Origin: an uncultured Flavobacteriales bacterium
Lineage (GTDB): Bacteria > Bacteroidota > Bacteroidia > Flavobacteriales > BACL11
Length of the DNA: 64,000 nt
Assembly (NCBI GenBank): GCA_938073745.1
Contig: CALJFR010000003.1
Span: 1,049 to 65,048 of the forward strand
Reading direction: 5' to 3'
Position numbers and translations under genes: made by a program. This document shows, piece by piece, positions 30,090-39,937 of the stretch. The notes beneath the pieces are model-generated. The model searched no databases, was not told where the DNA came from, and worked only from the letters and a program-made list of their open reading frames with translations. How positions within the stretch are numbered: the stretch's first letter is position 1; every line of letters begins with the position of its first letter.

Positions 30090-30554
30090 ATGAAAAAAAT
30101 ATTATCAATACTACTAGTTTTATTTTCACTAAATCTTATTGCACAAGAGAGTGAATTAGAATGGCATACTGATGTCACTAAAGCTATTAATATTTCGATG
30201 GAAACTGAAAAACCATTGTTTTTCTTTTTTACAGGAAGTGACTGGTGTGGATGGTGTATTAGACTTCAAAAAGAAGTTTTCTTTAAGCCTGAATTTGCAA
30301 AATGGGCTAATGAAAACTTAGTGCTTGTTGAATTAGATTTTCCTAGAAGAAAGAAATTGGATGAAAGTCTTAGACAACAAAACGATAATTTAAGACAAAT
30401 GTTTGGTGTAAGAGGCTACCCATCTGGATGGATAGTTGTACCAGAGATTGAAGACAAACAAGTTAACTTTAAAAGATTAGGTTCTCAAGGATACGTAAAG
30501 GGAGGTCCTAGCGCTTGGATCGCTGGAGCCAACAAAATACTAATGAAAAAATAA
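30090..30554 (+). CDS. Periplasmic thioredoxin-fold protein (Thioredoxin_7-like, CGWC)
   Basis: Signal peptide, then FFFFTGSDWCGWCIRLQKEVF with a CxxC active site. Confidence 0.7.
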   Translation: MKKILSILLVLFSLNLIAQESELEWHTDVTKAINISMETEKPLFFFFTGSDWCGWCIRLQKEVFFKPEFAKWANENLVLVELDFPRRKKLDESLRQQNDNLRQMFGVRGYPSGWIVVPEIEDKQVNFKRLGSQGYVKGGPSAWIAGANKILMKK

Positions 30555-31046
30555 ATGCATAAGTTTTTAATTCTTTGTTTAACTATTCTTCCTTTATTTT
30601 CTTTTTCTCAAGGGGCACCAGTTAAAACTGTTGATTGGGTTACTCTTGCTGAGGGAGAAAAATATTCTGAAAAGTACGGAAAGAATATGCTGATTTTCTT
30701 TTACAGAGATAATTGTGATTTTTGCATGAGAATGAAAAAAGAAGTTTTAACAGATCCTCAGGTAATTAGGCTAATAAATGAGAATTTCTTTCCTGTAATG
30801 CTAAATGGAAAAACAAAAAAACCAATTACCTATAATGGAAAAAAATATATTAATGATGCACCAATAGAAGAAGATCCAAACTCCACCTGGAGACATAATT
30901 TATTTTTTGATCTAGTTGAGCCAACAGGTGGTAACTTTTACTGGCCAACAATTGTAATTATTAATGGTAAAGATAAAAAGGTTGGTCAACTTCCTGGATT
31001 TAAGACTAAGCCTCAACTTTTACGAAGTTTGAACAAATTAAAATAA
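30555..31046 (+). CDS. Periplasmic thioredoxin-fold protein (paralogue, CDFC)
   Basis: ATG abuts the previous stop. Signal peptide, then LIFFYRDNCDFCMRMKKEVL, which aligns with the upstream paralogue. Confidence 0.65.
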   Translation: MHKFLILCLTILPLFSFSQGAPVKTVDWVTLAEGEKYSEKYGKNMLIFFYRDNCDFCMRMKKEVLTDPQVIRLINENFFPVMLNGKTKKPITYNGKKYINDAPIEEDPNSTWRHNLFFDLVEPTGGNFYWPTIVIINGKDKKVGQLPGFKTKPQLLRSLNKLK

Positions 31047-31079
31047 AAAAAGGAGTTGATTAATCAACTCCTTTTTTTT
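31045..31079. terminator. Bidirectional hairpin terminator between the thioredoxin-like gene and tRNA-His
   Basis: An A-run, then AGGAGTTG-attaat-CAACTCCT, then a T-run. A U-tract follows the hairpin on either strand. Confidence 0.75.
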
Positions 31080-31156
31080 GGGGTGGCTGATGGGATTCGA
31101 ACCCACGACCCCCGGCACCACAAACCAGTGCTCTAACCAACTGAGCTACAACCACC
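31079..31156 (-). tRNA. tRNA-His: tRNA-His (anticodon GTG) with encoded G-1 and CCA
   Basis: The reverse complement is G-GTGGTTG-TA-GCTC-AGTTGGTTA-GAGC-A-CTGGT-TTGTGGT-GCCGG-GGGTC-GTGGG-TTCGAAT-CCCAT-CAGCCAC-CCCA. The cloverleaf closes. The extra 5' G pairs with C73, the His identity element. Confidence 0.95.
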
Positions 31157-31205
31157 ATTTTAAGTCTGCAAATATATATTAATATTCATTAAACAAAAAC
31201 TTATT

Positions 31206-31213
31206 TATATTTG
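31206..31213 (+). promoter_or_regulatory. -7 box TATATTTG only 4 nt upstream of the P-type ATPase ATG
   Basis: Exact TAnnTTTG match. ATG is at 31218, which implies a leaderless or near-leaderless mRNA if this box is used. Confidence 0.3.
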
Positions 31214-31217
31214 TTAT

Positions 31218-33317
31218 ATGAAAAAAATAGGTGAAAAAATTGTTCTTCATGTTGAAGGGATGACCTGTAATAATTGTGCTAGTGGCATAAGAACTCATCT
31301 TGAAAAAAATTCAATAGAAAATGTTAATGTTAATTTTCCTTTGTCTGAAGTTAGCTGTAATGAAGATGAAGCATCAAACAAAAAACATATTATTTCTTTA
31401 ATTGAAGATATAGGATATAAGGTAAAAAATAAGAACAATAAAGAGAAAAAATTCTCTAAAGTTGAAATGTTATTTTTTACATCTCTTTTATTTACAATAC
31501 CTCTTTTCTCACATATGTTTCTAGATCATAGCAACATATTATATGATCCTTTTATACAACTAGGCTTATGTTTACCAGTTTATTTTATTGGTTTAATTTA
31601 TTTTGGGAAAAGTGCATTTAATTCATTAAAAACAGGAGTGCCAAATATGGATGTTCTAATCTTTATAGGTAGCTCTGCAGCATTTTTTTATAGTATTTAT
31701 GGTTGGTGGTTATTTTACGGCACCAATGAAGTACACAATTATATGTTTTTTGAAACAAGTGCTACTATTATTACATTAGTATTGTTAGGTAATGTATTAG
31801 AACACAGATCTGTTAAACAAACAACAACAGCATTAAAAGATTTACATAAAATTAAAAACACCTTAGCAAAAAAAATATATGATGATAAAATAGTTGATGT
31901 AAAATTTGAAGATATTATTTTGGGTGACATCTTAATCGTAAATAGTGGAGATAAAATACCAATAGATGGTACAATAATTTGGGGTGACTGTACATTAGAT
32001 GAATCCATGATAACAGGTGAGAGTCTTCCTGTTGTAAAAAAAACTAATAGCATGGTAATTGGCGGAACCACATTACTTTCTGGTAGTATTAAAATTAAAG
32101 CATTAAAAGTTGGAAATAATACAATTCTCTCGCAAATTATTGAACTTGTTAAAAATGCTCAAAAAGATCAACCTGAAATACAAAAATTAGGTGATAAAGT
32201 AAGTGCAATATTTGTTCCAATTGTTATTTGCATATCAATACTTACATTCTTTATCTCTCATTATGCTTTCGATATTGCTTTTATTGATGCATTTCTTAGA
32301 TCAATTGCTGTTCTTGTAATTTCATGTCCTTGTGCCATGGGTCTTGCTACTCCAACTGCAATAATGGTTGGAATTGGAAGAGCTGCAAAAAATGGAATTT
32401 TAATTAAAGGTGGTAATACTTTAGAAAAAATGGCGAACATAAAAAATATTGCATTTGACAAAACAGGAACAATAACATCGGGTAATTTTAAGATTCTTAA
32501 TCTAAATATTATTGAAGGCAACGAGAATAAAATTAAAAGTATCATTTACAATATTGAAAAACACTCTTCACATCCTATAGCAAACTCTTTAGTAAATGAA
32601 TTAAAAGATTATTCTAATGAAATAAAAATTAAAAATATTGAAGAAAAAAATGGTTTAGGAATACGTGCTCAAATCGATAATGATATTTATTTTATTGGAA
32701 AAGAAATTAATGAGAATCAAAAGAGAAAATTTGATGTTTATTTAAAAAAGAACAATAATATAGTTGCAACAATTAATCTTAAGGATGAGATTAAAGATGG
32801 AACTCAAGAAATTATCAACGAACTAAAAAAAGAATATAATACAACACTAGTTAGTGGAGATAGAAAAGAAAAATGTGAAGAATTAAATAGATCCTTATTA
32901 TTTGATAAAGTATTCTCAAATCAATCTCCAGAAGATAAGCTTAAAATTATTGAAAATTTAAATAAGGAAAATAATACCTTAATGGTTGGTGACGGCATTA
33001 ATGATGCTCCCGCATTATCTAAAGCTACCTTAGGACTTTCTCTTGGGCATGCAAGTCAAATTGCAATTCAATCATCGGAAATTATTTTACTTAATAAAGA
33101 AAATCTAAAGCAACTTCCAAAAGCTTTAAAAATAAGCAAACATACTTTACTAACTATCAAACAAAACCTTTTTTGGGCCTTCTCATATAATATTATTGCT
33201 ATTCCTATTGCATGCTTAGGATACTTGAATCCGATGTGGGCAGCATTATTTATGGCATTCTCTGATGTTGTAGTAATAGGAAACTCTATTAGATTAAAAT
33301 TTAAAAGAATTTTTTAG
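31218..33317 (+). CDS. Heavy-metal (Cu+-type) translocating P1B-type ATPase
   Basis: N-terminal HMA domain GMTCNNCASGI, TM CPC motif (SCPCAMGLATP), phosphorylation site DKTGTIT, SSHPIA, GDGINDAPAL, and TM YN motif (FSYNIIAIP). Confidence 0.9.
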   Translation: MKKIGEKIVLHVEGMTCNNCASGIRTHLEKNSIENVNVNFPLSEVSCNEDEASNKKHIISLIEDIGYKVKNKNNKEKKFSKVEMLFFTSLLFTIPLFSHMFLDHSNILYDPFIQLGLCLPVYFIGLIYFGKSAFNSLKTGVPNMDVLIFIGSSAAFFYSIYGWWLFYGTNEVHNYMFFETSATIITLVLLGNVLEHRSVKQTTTALKDLHKIKNTLAKKIYDDKIVDVKFEDIILGDILIVNSGDKIPIDGTIIWGDCTLDESMITGESLPVVKKTNSMVIGGTTLLSGSIKIKALKVGNNTILSQIIELVKNAQKDQPEIQKLGDKVSAIFVPIVICISILTFFISHYAFDIAFIDAFLRSIAVLVISCPCAMGLATPTAIMVGIGRAAKNGILIKGGNTLEKMANIKNIAFDKTGTITSGNFKILNLNIIEGNENKIKSIIYNIEKHSSHPIANSLVNELKDYSNEIKIKNIEEKNGLGIRAQIDNDIYFIGKEINENQKRKFDVYLKKNNNIVATINLKDEIKDGTQEIINELKKEYNTTLVSGDRKEKCEELNRSLLFDKVFSNQSPEDKLKIIENLNKENNTLMVGDGINDAPALSKATLGLSLGHASQIAIQSSEIILLNKENLKQLPKALKISKHTLLTIKQNLFWAFSYNIIAIPIACLGYLNPMWAALFMAFSDVVVIGNSIRLKFKRIF

Positions 33318-33353
33318 TATTATTACACAAGCAATAAAACAAAAACAATTATT

Positions 33354-35270
33354 ATGAAAAAAATTTTTACATATCTAGCTGCATTTTTATTTTGTGGAAC
33401 ATTATCCGCTCAAATATCTCCAATAAAAGCAAAAAATGGAGATGTTAGTTCAAAAGCACCACTTTACAAGATAGGGGGAAATGAGGTTTTAAGTAATTTA
33501 ATTACAAATCCTAACCCAAACACAGCAGCTCTAAAATCAACAAATACTATTAATGATATTCAGATCGGTACTACTACTTACGATTTACAATCTAATGCTT
33601 CTGTAGATAATAGATTAATCAGACATAGTGACGGAACTATTTCTGCAACTTGGACAATGAGTTCTCAGTTTTCTGCTTCTTACACAGATAGAGGAACAGG
33701 ATATAATTATCATGATGGTTCTTCTTGGGCTCCTGATCCATCTGCAAGATTAGAATCCTCTAGAGGTGGTTGGCCATCAATTTTAACTACTGGCTCTGGA
33801 AAAGAAATTGCGATTACACACAATACAGATAACGGTTATTTACTAATGACACATCGTCCTACAAAAGGAACAGGTCCTTGGAGTGAACAAATTATTTCTT
33901 CTATGGACAGTAATGGTGTTTACACTGATATTATTTGGAATAGAGCAGTTATTGGAGGAGCAAATAATGAGAGTGTTCATATGATTGGTGTTATAGCACC
34001 TACAGGTTTAGGGGGGACTATTTGGAACGGATTAGATGGTGCTTTAGTTTATTATAGATCTCAAGATGGTGGAGCAACTTGGGATATAAAAGATTTACAA
34101 CTTCCAACTCTTGATACCAGTAAATATACTGGATTTAATGGTGATGATTATGCAATTGCAGCTCAAGGAGAGACTGTTGTTGTAGCATATTTTGGTGGTT
34201 GGGATGATTCAGTTATTTTAAAATCTACTGACAATGGAAATACATGGACTCCTACTGTATATTTAGATTTCCCAGTTGATGGCTATGTAACTGATTCTGG
34301 ACTTGATTTAGATGGAGATGCTGTTATGGATACTCTTTACACTACAGATGGTGCTGGTACAGTTCTTCTTGATAATAATGGAATGGCTCATGTATTTTTT
34401 GGTAATATGAGAGTATTAGATGCTGATTTATCTGATGGAAACACATCATATTTTGGTGGTACAAGTGGAATTATTTATTGGAATGAGAATATGGGAGCTG
34501 ATAATTATGCAAATAACCCAATGGTAGACCCATCTTTATGGTATACAAATCTTCCTCAAATGATTGCCTCAGCTCAAGATTTGGATGGAGATGGATTACT
34601 AAATTATGTTGACTTTCCGCTATATTACCTTTCGGTTGATTGTATGCCAAGTGCTGGAATAGATAATCTAGGAAATATTTTTGTTTCTTATTCATCATTG
34701 ATGGAAAACATTGATAATGGTTCTCAGAACTTTAGACATGTTCATGCAGTTAAAAGTACTGATGGTGGAACTACTTGGAGCTCACCAAAAGATATTACAC
34801 CTTGGGACGCCTGGGGTGGAGCACAAGAATGTGTTTTTGCAAGAATGGATAGAAATGTAGATGATAAAATACGATTAATCTATCAGAAAGATTTTGAACC
34901 TGGCCTTGCTGTTAGAGGAGATGAAGATATTATAGATATGAACTATATTCAATATTTAGAGGTGGATACTTTTGAATTAAGTAGTACTTCAACAAGCGTA
35001 GATAATAGCTATCTCGACTTAAAATTCTCAATTTATCCAAACCCAGCAAAGAATATCTTAACTTTAGATTTTTCTTCTAGAAATAATGATAAATCTATTC
35101 TAAGTATTACAAATATCGTTGGTGAGAAAATTAAAGAATTCCAAATAAATACTGTTTCAGGAATTAATACTTTAAATTTAAATTTAGAAGGAATAAATAA
35201 TGGAGTCTACTTTATTAACTTTATTAATAACTCAAGCAAATCAACTAAAAAGTTTGTAATTTCTAGATAA
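33354..35270 (+). CDS. Secreted BNR/Asp-box repeat protein with type-A T9SS C-terminal domain
   Basis: Signal peptide. Asp-boxes SQDGGATWD, STDNGNTWT and STDGGTTWS. DxDxDG-type loops (DLDGDGLLNYVDF). C-terminus SIYPNPAKNILTLDF...GVYFINFINNSSKSTKKFVISR. Confidence 0.8.
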   Translation: MKKIFTYLAAFLFCGTLSAQISPIKAKNGDVSSKAPLYKIGGNEVLSNLITNPNPNTAALKSTNTINDIQIGTTTYDLQSNASVDNRLIRHSDGTISATWTMSSQFSASYTDRGTGYNYHDGSSWAPDPSARLESSRGGWPSILTTGSGKEIAITHNTDNGYLLMTHRPTKGTGPWSEQIISSMDSNGVYTDIIWNRAVIGGANNESVHMIGVIAPTGLGGTIWNGLDGALVYYRSQDGGATWDIKDLQLPTLDTSKYTGFNGDDYAIAAQGETVVVAYFGGWDDSVILKSTDNGNTWTPTVYLDFPVDGYVTDSGLDLDGDAVMDTLYTTDGAGTVLLDNNGMAHVFFGNMRVLDADLSDGNTSYFGGTSGIIYWNENMGADNYANNPMVDPSLWYTNLPQMIASAQDLDGDGLLNYVDFPLYYLSVDCMPSAGIDNLGNIFVSYSSLMENIDNGSQNFRHVHAVKSTDGGTTWSSPKDITPWDAWGGAQECVFARMDRNVDDKIRLIYQKDFEPGLAVRGDEDIIDMNYIQYLEVDTFELSSTSTSVDNSYLDLKFSIYPNPAKNILTLDFSSRNNDKSILSITNIVGEKIKEFQINTVSGINTLNLNLEGINNGVYFINFINNSSKSTKKFVISR

Positions 35271-35288
35271 AATCAAAATATAATTGAT

Positions 35289-35317
35289 AAAAAAACCGGA
35301 AATTATCCGGTTTTTTT
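35289..35317. terminator. Bidirectional hairpin terminator (AAAAAAACCGGA-aatta-TCCGGTTTTTTT)
   Basis: Perfect 12-bp inverted repeat including the A/T runs, between convergent genes. It overlaps the bshB1 stop codon. Confidence 0.75.
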
Positions 35318-36017
35318 ATTTTAAATCATTTAATAAATTTACTCTGGAAAGTTGATGATTAATAAAACCCTCAGCATAAGTGCACGAGGTTTGCCTGCCT
35401 AAATCTTTAGCTCTATACTCAATGCTGTCAAAAAATTCTTTGGAAGAAATAATAGTTTTTGATTCCTTAGAATTAGGATCAAAGAATTGAGATTTATATT
35501 CTTTAATAGCAGAAATTTTTTTATCGAAGTGTTCTGAAATATCTACAACAAAATCAGGTGACAAATTATTAAATTGAATATAATGATAAATAGCTTTAGG
35601 CCTCCAAATTTCTTGATTGGTATTGATTTTCTCAAGACCAGATAAGAAACATGCGTCAATAGTTAATTGAGATGCTCTTGCGTGATCAGGATGGCGATCT
35701 GAAGGAGAATTTGCTAACACAATTTCAGGTTTGTATTTTCTTATTTTTTTTATGAGTGCAATTTTATGCTCTTCATCATTTAAAAAGAATCCATCCTTAA
35801 AATTTAGATTTTCTCTTACTGACAATCCCATTACCTTGCTAGCAGAATCTGCTTCTTCAAGTCTAATTTTAGCATTTCCCCTAGTACCTAAATCTCCAGT
35901 TGTTAGATCAATAATTCCAACTTTAAAATTATTTTCTACATGTTTAATTATTGTACCTCCACAACCTAACTCAATGTCATCAGGATGAGCACCAAAAGCT
36001 AAGATATCTAATTTCAT
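35316..36017 (-). CDS. bshB1: PIG-L/LmbE-family deacetylase, bacillithiol biosynthesis BshB1-like
   Basis: The AHPDDIELGCGGT zinc-binding motif and DLTTGDLGTRG are typical of BshB1. Its ATG overlaps the ccsBA stop (TAATG). Confidence 0.75.
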   Translation of the reverse strand: MKLDILAFGAHPDDIELGCGGTIIKHVENNFKVGIIDLTTGDLGTRGNAKIRLEEADSASKVMGLSVRENLNFKDGFFLNDEEHKIALIKKIRKYKPEIVLANSPSDRHPDHARASQLTIDACFLSGLEKINTNQEIWRPKAIYHYIQFNNLSPDFVVDISEHFDKKISAIKEYKSQFFDPNSKESKTIISSKEFFDSIEYRAKDLGRQTSCTYAEGFINHQLSRVNLLNDLK

Positions 36018-39000
36018 TAGTAGTAACGTTTGAATTTATTCCTTGCTAATATAGCTGTTATAAAGGTTATAACAATTAAATAATAAACAAATGATGGTAT
36101 TGGCATTGGATCTCCAGCTGCATATGAATGTAAACCAGAGAGATAATAATTGACACCAAAATAAGTCATTATAATCGACCAAATTGCAACTAATGTAGCC
36201 AAGTTAAATGTGTAAAAACTTGAAAGCGCTGGAATTAAGCGCATATGTAAAACAAAAGCATAAATTAAAACACTAACAAGAGCCCAAGTTTCTTTTGGAT
36301 CCCAACCCCAATATCTTCCCCAAGACTCATTTGCCCATACACCGCCTAAAAAAGTCCCAATAGTTAACATAAATAATCCAATAGTAATTGATTTTTCATT
36401 TATTAGTGTTAACTCCTTTATCGTAACTAATAGTTTATTTTTGGTGTTTTCATTAGTAAATATAATTAACCACAAAGAAAAAAGTCCTAAAACAGCTCCA
36501 AGAGCTAAAAAGCCATAACTTGCTGTAATTATAGAAACATGAATCATTAGCCAGTATGAATTTAAAACTGGAACAATATTCGTTATTTCTGGATCTAACC
36601 AATTTAAATGAGCGACCATTAAAAACAAAGAAGTTACTAAAGTTGTTGCAGCCAAAGTCAATTTAGATCTTAAACTAAATATAATACCAGATAACATAGT
36701 TGCCCATGAAATATATATCATAGACTCATAACCATTACTCCATGGTGCATGACCAGAAATAACCCACCGTGCTGCTAGACCTAATGTCTGAACTAAAAAG
36801 CCTATTATAATGAGAAAGAAAATAAATTTCAGAAGTTTGTCTAAGGAATTATTTTTAAAAATTCTAATTATCAAAATAATTAAGAAAATAAATCCGATCA
36901 TGAAATAATACATAAATAAATTAGAAAAAACATTTAATTTATTATACAATACCTCAAGTTCAACTTTATAATCTTTTGGGATTATTTTTGCTCCATATCG
37001 AATTTGAAATTTAGATATATATGAAACAACACTATCGCATGTTGCCCAATTATTATCATCTAGTGCTCTGTTTAAAGAATTCATATACATTAACATAATA
37101 TTCGTAACAAATAGAGAATCCTTATTTGAGAAAAAACTATTCTCCCGAGCAGTATACCAAGTATTATTTGAATCGTTAGCTAAAGGAAAAAAACGAAAAA
37201 TATCTCCATTATAAATTGTAAAACATATATTAATTCTTTCATCTACTGTAATAATATCTTTATCATATTTATCTCTATCTATTGGAGCTTTAGAATTAAC
37301 CCTATCAACCTCATCTTTCAAGATGTAATCACCATCTTCTGTAAAAAAAGTTCTAAATGACACTCTACTTTCTTCTGTTTGCAATAAAAGCTTTAATTTA
37401 TCATGGCTAATCTTAATCATTGGAACATTACTCCATAATTTAGGATTTTTCATCATTCCTAATACTATCTGTGTTGGGCTTTGTTCGGCAATCTTATTTT
37501 TACGTGCAATCTTTCTTAAAAACTCAGAACATATTGTGTTAACTGGTTTGATTCTACCTCCGTTATCTTGTATTAATAATTTTTCAAAATTCTGAATATG
37601 CTCAATCTTTATAGCATTAGCATTTAACAGGCTATCTAAGTTAGTTTCAGCATTAACATTTATACTTAAAAATAATGTTGTAATAAGTAGAACAGCTTTA
37701 CTTTTTATTTTGTTTAGTTGCTTATTTAAAAATGCAAATCTAGTTTTTGAAGTGAAGAATACCATAATCATCCCTAAAGCTAATAGAAAATATCCTAAGT
37801 AACTGACTAATGTACCTAATAGGTCATGATTTACTGAAAGAATTGTACCTAATTCATCTTGATCGTATGAAGATTGAAAAAAGCGATAACCCCTATAATC
37901 CAAAACAGTGTTCATGAAAATTCTATGATCTTCATTTACTTTACCGTCCTTCACTGTAACCTCAGCAGCAAAAGATGATGGACTCATTGATCCAGGATAC
38001 CTTTCTAATTGAAAATCTCTCAATTTAATGCTAAATGGAGTATAATAATTTTTAGATCCATATGAAATATTAAAATATAACCCACCAACCTTATGCTCTT
38101 CAAGTTTTGATGTAAATCCTTTACCACCATATAAGATTACCTCTTTGGATTCTTCATTACAATTAATCTTAACTTTTAAGGCATCAGTACTACCATCACT
38201 CATAACATTAGATGAACTATAAATATCATCATTTCCATTTTCTATAATATCTTTTAAAACAAAATTCAGCTCGTTTACAGAATATAATGTTCTCTGAGAC
38301 AAAACAAACTCAGTATTTGCAGAAAAACTATCACTGGAGCGATCACTCATCTTCATCGATTGAACTTCAAATGGGGCTTTACAAAAAAGCAAGCTGTCCT
38401 TGTAATAAATATTAATGGCAAAATCAGAAATATTATTAAAAGCAAAAATATTGTTCTTAATCTTTCTTTGCTCATTTAGCTTTAAATATTCGGATTGCAT
38501 TCCATTGTCTCCCGGAACGACTAGATGTAATGTTTTGACACCATTTTCAGATTGTAAAAAAGTATCTCTTACATTTGGAAGAAAATCAACATATTCTATG
38601 GAAACTTCATTATCAAGAAAATCTAGCGGAATAGAAAAGTTATTATTACTAATAGCAGAAAGAAATAGTTTTTTATCATAATCTAATTGCAATTTTCTAT
38701 TATCAACTTTAACTTGAAGAAATGTATCATCAGAAATAATTATATTAGATTCCTCTCCTTCTCTAATATGCATCATCCCCTCAAAACTATGATATCTTGT
38801 AATTGCAGATCCAATAAGAATAATAATGAATGCTAAGTGAAAAGTTAAAACAGCTAATTTTTCTTTTCTAAATAAATTATATCTCTTTAAATTATAGATA
38901 AGATTAATTAATAGAATAAAGAGAATTAATTCAAACCACCACCTTGAATAAATTAATGCCTTGGCTGTTACTCTTCCAAAATCATTTTCTATAAAAGTAG

Positions 39001-39085
39001 CAACACCTATCACAGCAGCAAAAACAAGCAGAAGCAACGATGCTAATTTTACAGATAAAAAGAATTGAAAAAAGCGTTTTAGCAT
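36017..39085 (-). CDS. ccsBA: System II cytochrome c biogenesis protein, fused CcsB(ResB)-CcsA
   Basis: 1022 aa. ResB-like N-terminal TM plus a large periplasmic region. C-terminal CcsA domain with the WWD heme-handling motif WGRYWGWDPKETWAL. Confidence 0.85.
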   Translation of the reverse strand: MLKRFFQFFLSVKLASLLLLVFAAVIGVATFIENDFGRVTAKALIYSRWWFELILFILLINLIYNLKRYNLFRKEKLAVLTFHLAFIIILIGSAITRYHSFEGMMHIREGEESNIIISDDTFLQVKVDNRKLQLDYDKKLFLSAISNNNFSIPLDFLDNEVSIEYVDFLPNVRDTFLQSENGVKTLHLVVPGDNGMQSEYLKLNEQRKIKNNIFAFNNISDFAINIYYKDSLLFCKAPFEVQSMKMSDRSSDSFSANTEFVLSQRTLYSVNELNFVLKDIIENGNDDIYSSSNVMSDGSTDALKVKINCNEESKEVILYGGKGFTSKLEEHKVGGLYFNISYGSKNYYTPFSIKLRDFQLERYPGSMSPSSFAAEVTVKDGKVNEDHRIFMNTVLDYRGYRFFQSSYDQDELGTILSVNHDLLGTLVSYLGYFLLALGMIMVFFTSKTRFAFLNKQLNKIKSKAVLLITTLFLSINVNAETNLDSLLNANAIKIEHIQNFEKLLIQDNGGRIKPVNTICSEFLRKIARKNKIAEQSPTQIVLGMMKNPKLWSNVPMIKISHDKLKLLLQTEESRVSFRTFFTEDGDYILKDEVDRVNSKAPIDRDKYDKDIITVDERINICFTIYNGDIFRFFPLANDSNNTWYTARENSFFSNKDSLFVTNIMLMYMNSLNRALDDNNWATCDSVVSYISKFQIRYGAKIIPKDYKVELEVLYNKLNVFSNLFMYYFMIGFIFLIILIIRIFKNNSLDKLLKFIFFLIIIGFLVQTLGLAARWVISGHAPWSNGYESMIYISWATMLSGIIFSLRSKLTLAATTLVTSLFLMVAHLNWLDPEITNIVPVLNSYWLMIHVSIITASYGFLALGAVLGLFSLWLIIFTNENTKNKLLVTIKELTLINEKSITIGLFMLTIGTFLGGVWANESWGRYWGWDPKETWALVSVLIYAFVLHMRLIPALSSFYTFNLATLVAIWSIIMTYFGVNYYLSGLHSYAAGDPMPIPSFVYYLIVITFITAILARNKFKRYY

Positions 39086-39102
39086 TATAAATTATTGAAA
39101 TG

Positions 39103-39110
39103 CAAATTTA
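39103..39110 (-). promoter_or_regulatory. -7 box TAAATTTG(CA) upstream of ccsBA
   Basis: The reverse complement of tgcaaattta is TAAATTTGCA, 17 nt upstream of ATG 39085. Confidence 0.45.
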
Positions 39111-39122
39111 CAATATGTTTAG

Positions 39123-39130
39123 TAATTTTG
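39123..39130 (+). promoter_or_regulatory. -7 box TAATTTTG upstream of DUF2520-like gene
   Basis: Exact TAnnTTTG match, 36 nt upstream of GTG 39167. It is divergent from the ccsBA box. Confidence 0.4.
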
Positions 39131-39166
39131 TTTTAATCTTTATCATATATCTTTAAGAAAAAATTA

Positions 39167-39937
39167 GTGTTAGAAATAAAAAAAATACTGCTTGTTGGAT
39201 CAGGAAATGTAGCTACTCACTTGGGGATAAATCTCAAAAAAAATAACTATATAATTGAACAAGTTTTTAGTCGTAATTTAGATAATGCAAAAGATTTAGC
39301 TCAAAAAGTTGATTCTGATTACACAAATAAACCTAAAAATATTGTTAAATCAGATCTCACAATAATCGCTATTAATGATGATTCAATAAAAGATGTAATT
39401 CATTATCTTCCTAATATTCCTACAGTTCATACATCTGGAAATACTAATATAAATATTCTAAAGAATAATTTTACGAACTATGGAGTAATTTATCCTCTTC
39501 AATCTTTTAAAAAAAAAATGGGATTAAATTTGAATGATGTTCCTTTTTTAATAGAAGCTAATTCGAAAGATTTTGAAAATAATTTGATAGAATTATGTTC
39601 TTGTTTTTCAGAACATACATTTCACATTAACTCTTTAAAAAGAGAAAAAATACATATGGCCGCGGTATTTGCTTGTAATTTTTCTAATCATATGCAAGTA
39701 ATTGCACAAGAAATAATGGATGATGAAAAAATTAATTACCAACTACTAATTCCACTTTTAAAAAAAACCTTTTCTAAATTTGAGGAAGACCCAAAGATAA
39801 AGCAGACTGGTCCAGCAATAAGAAAGGATATAAATGTTATAGAAAATCATTTAAATCTAATTCAAAAAGACGAGCACAGAGAAATATATAAATTAATTAG
39901 TGACAGTATTATTAAAACGTATGACAACACTGATTAA
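39167..39937 (+). CDS. Rossmann-fold protein, DUF2520-like
   Basis: GTG start. N-terminal LLVGSGNVATHL dinucleotide-binding motif. The family call is from memory of flavobacterial synteny. Confidence 0.55.
   Translation: MLEIKKILLVGSGNVATHLGINLKKNNYIIEQVFSRNLDNAKDLAQKVDSDYTNKPKNIVKSDLTIIAINDDSIKDVIHYLPNIPTVHTSGNTNINILKNNFTNYGVIYPLQSFKKKMGLNLNDVPFLIEANSKDFENNLIELCSCFSEHTFHINSLKREKIHMAAVFACNFSNHMQVIAQEIMDDEKINYQLLIPLLKKTFSKFEEDPKIKQTGPAIRKDINVIENHLNLIQKDEHREIYKLISDSIIKTYDNTD

Noticed and set aside
30082-30093. Three-codon mini-ORF ATGAAAAAATGA overlapping the ATG of the thioredoxin-like gene
   Set aside because: It is most simply a duplicated ATGAAAAAA start context in an A-rich leader. There is no evidence of function.
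31079-33317. tRNA-His as an integration site with the Cu-ATPase as island cargo
   Set aside because: There is no integrase and no direct repeat of the tRNA 3' end that I could spot. I also saw no mobility genes and no obvious compositional break.
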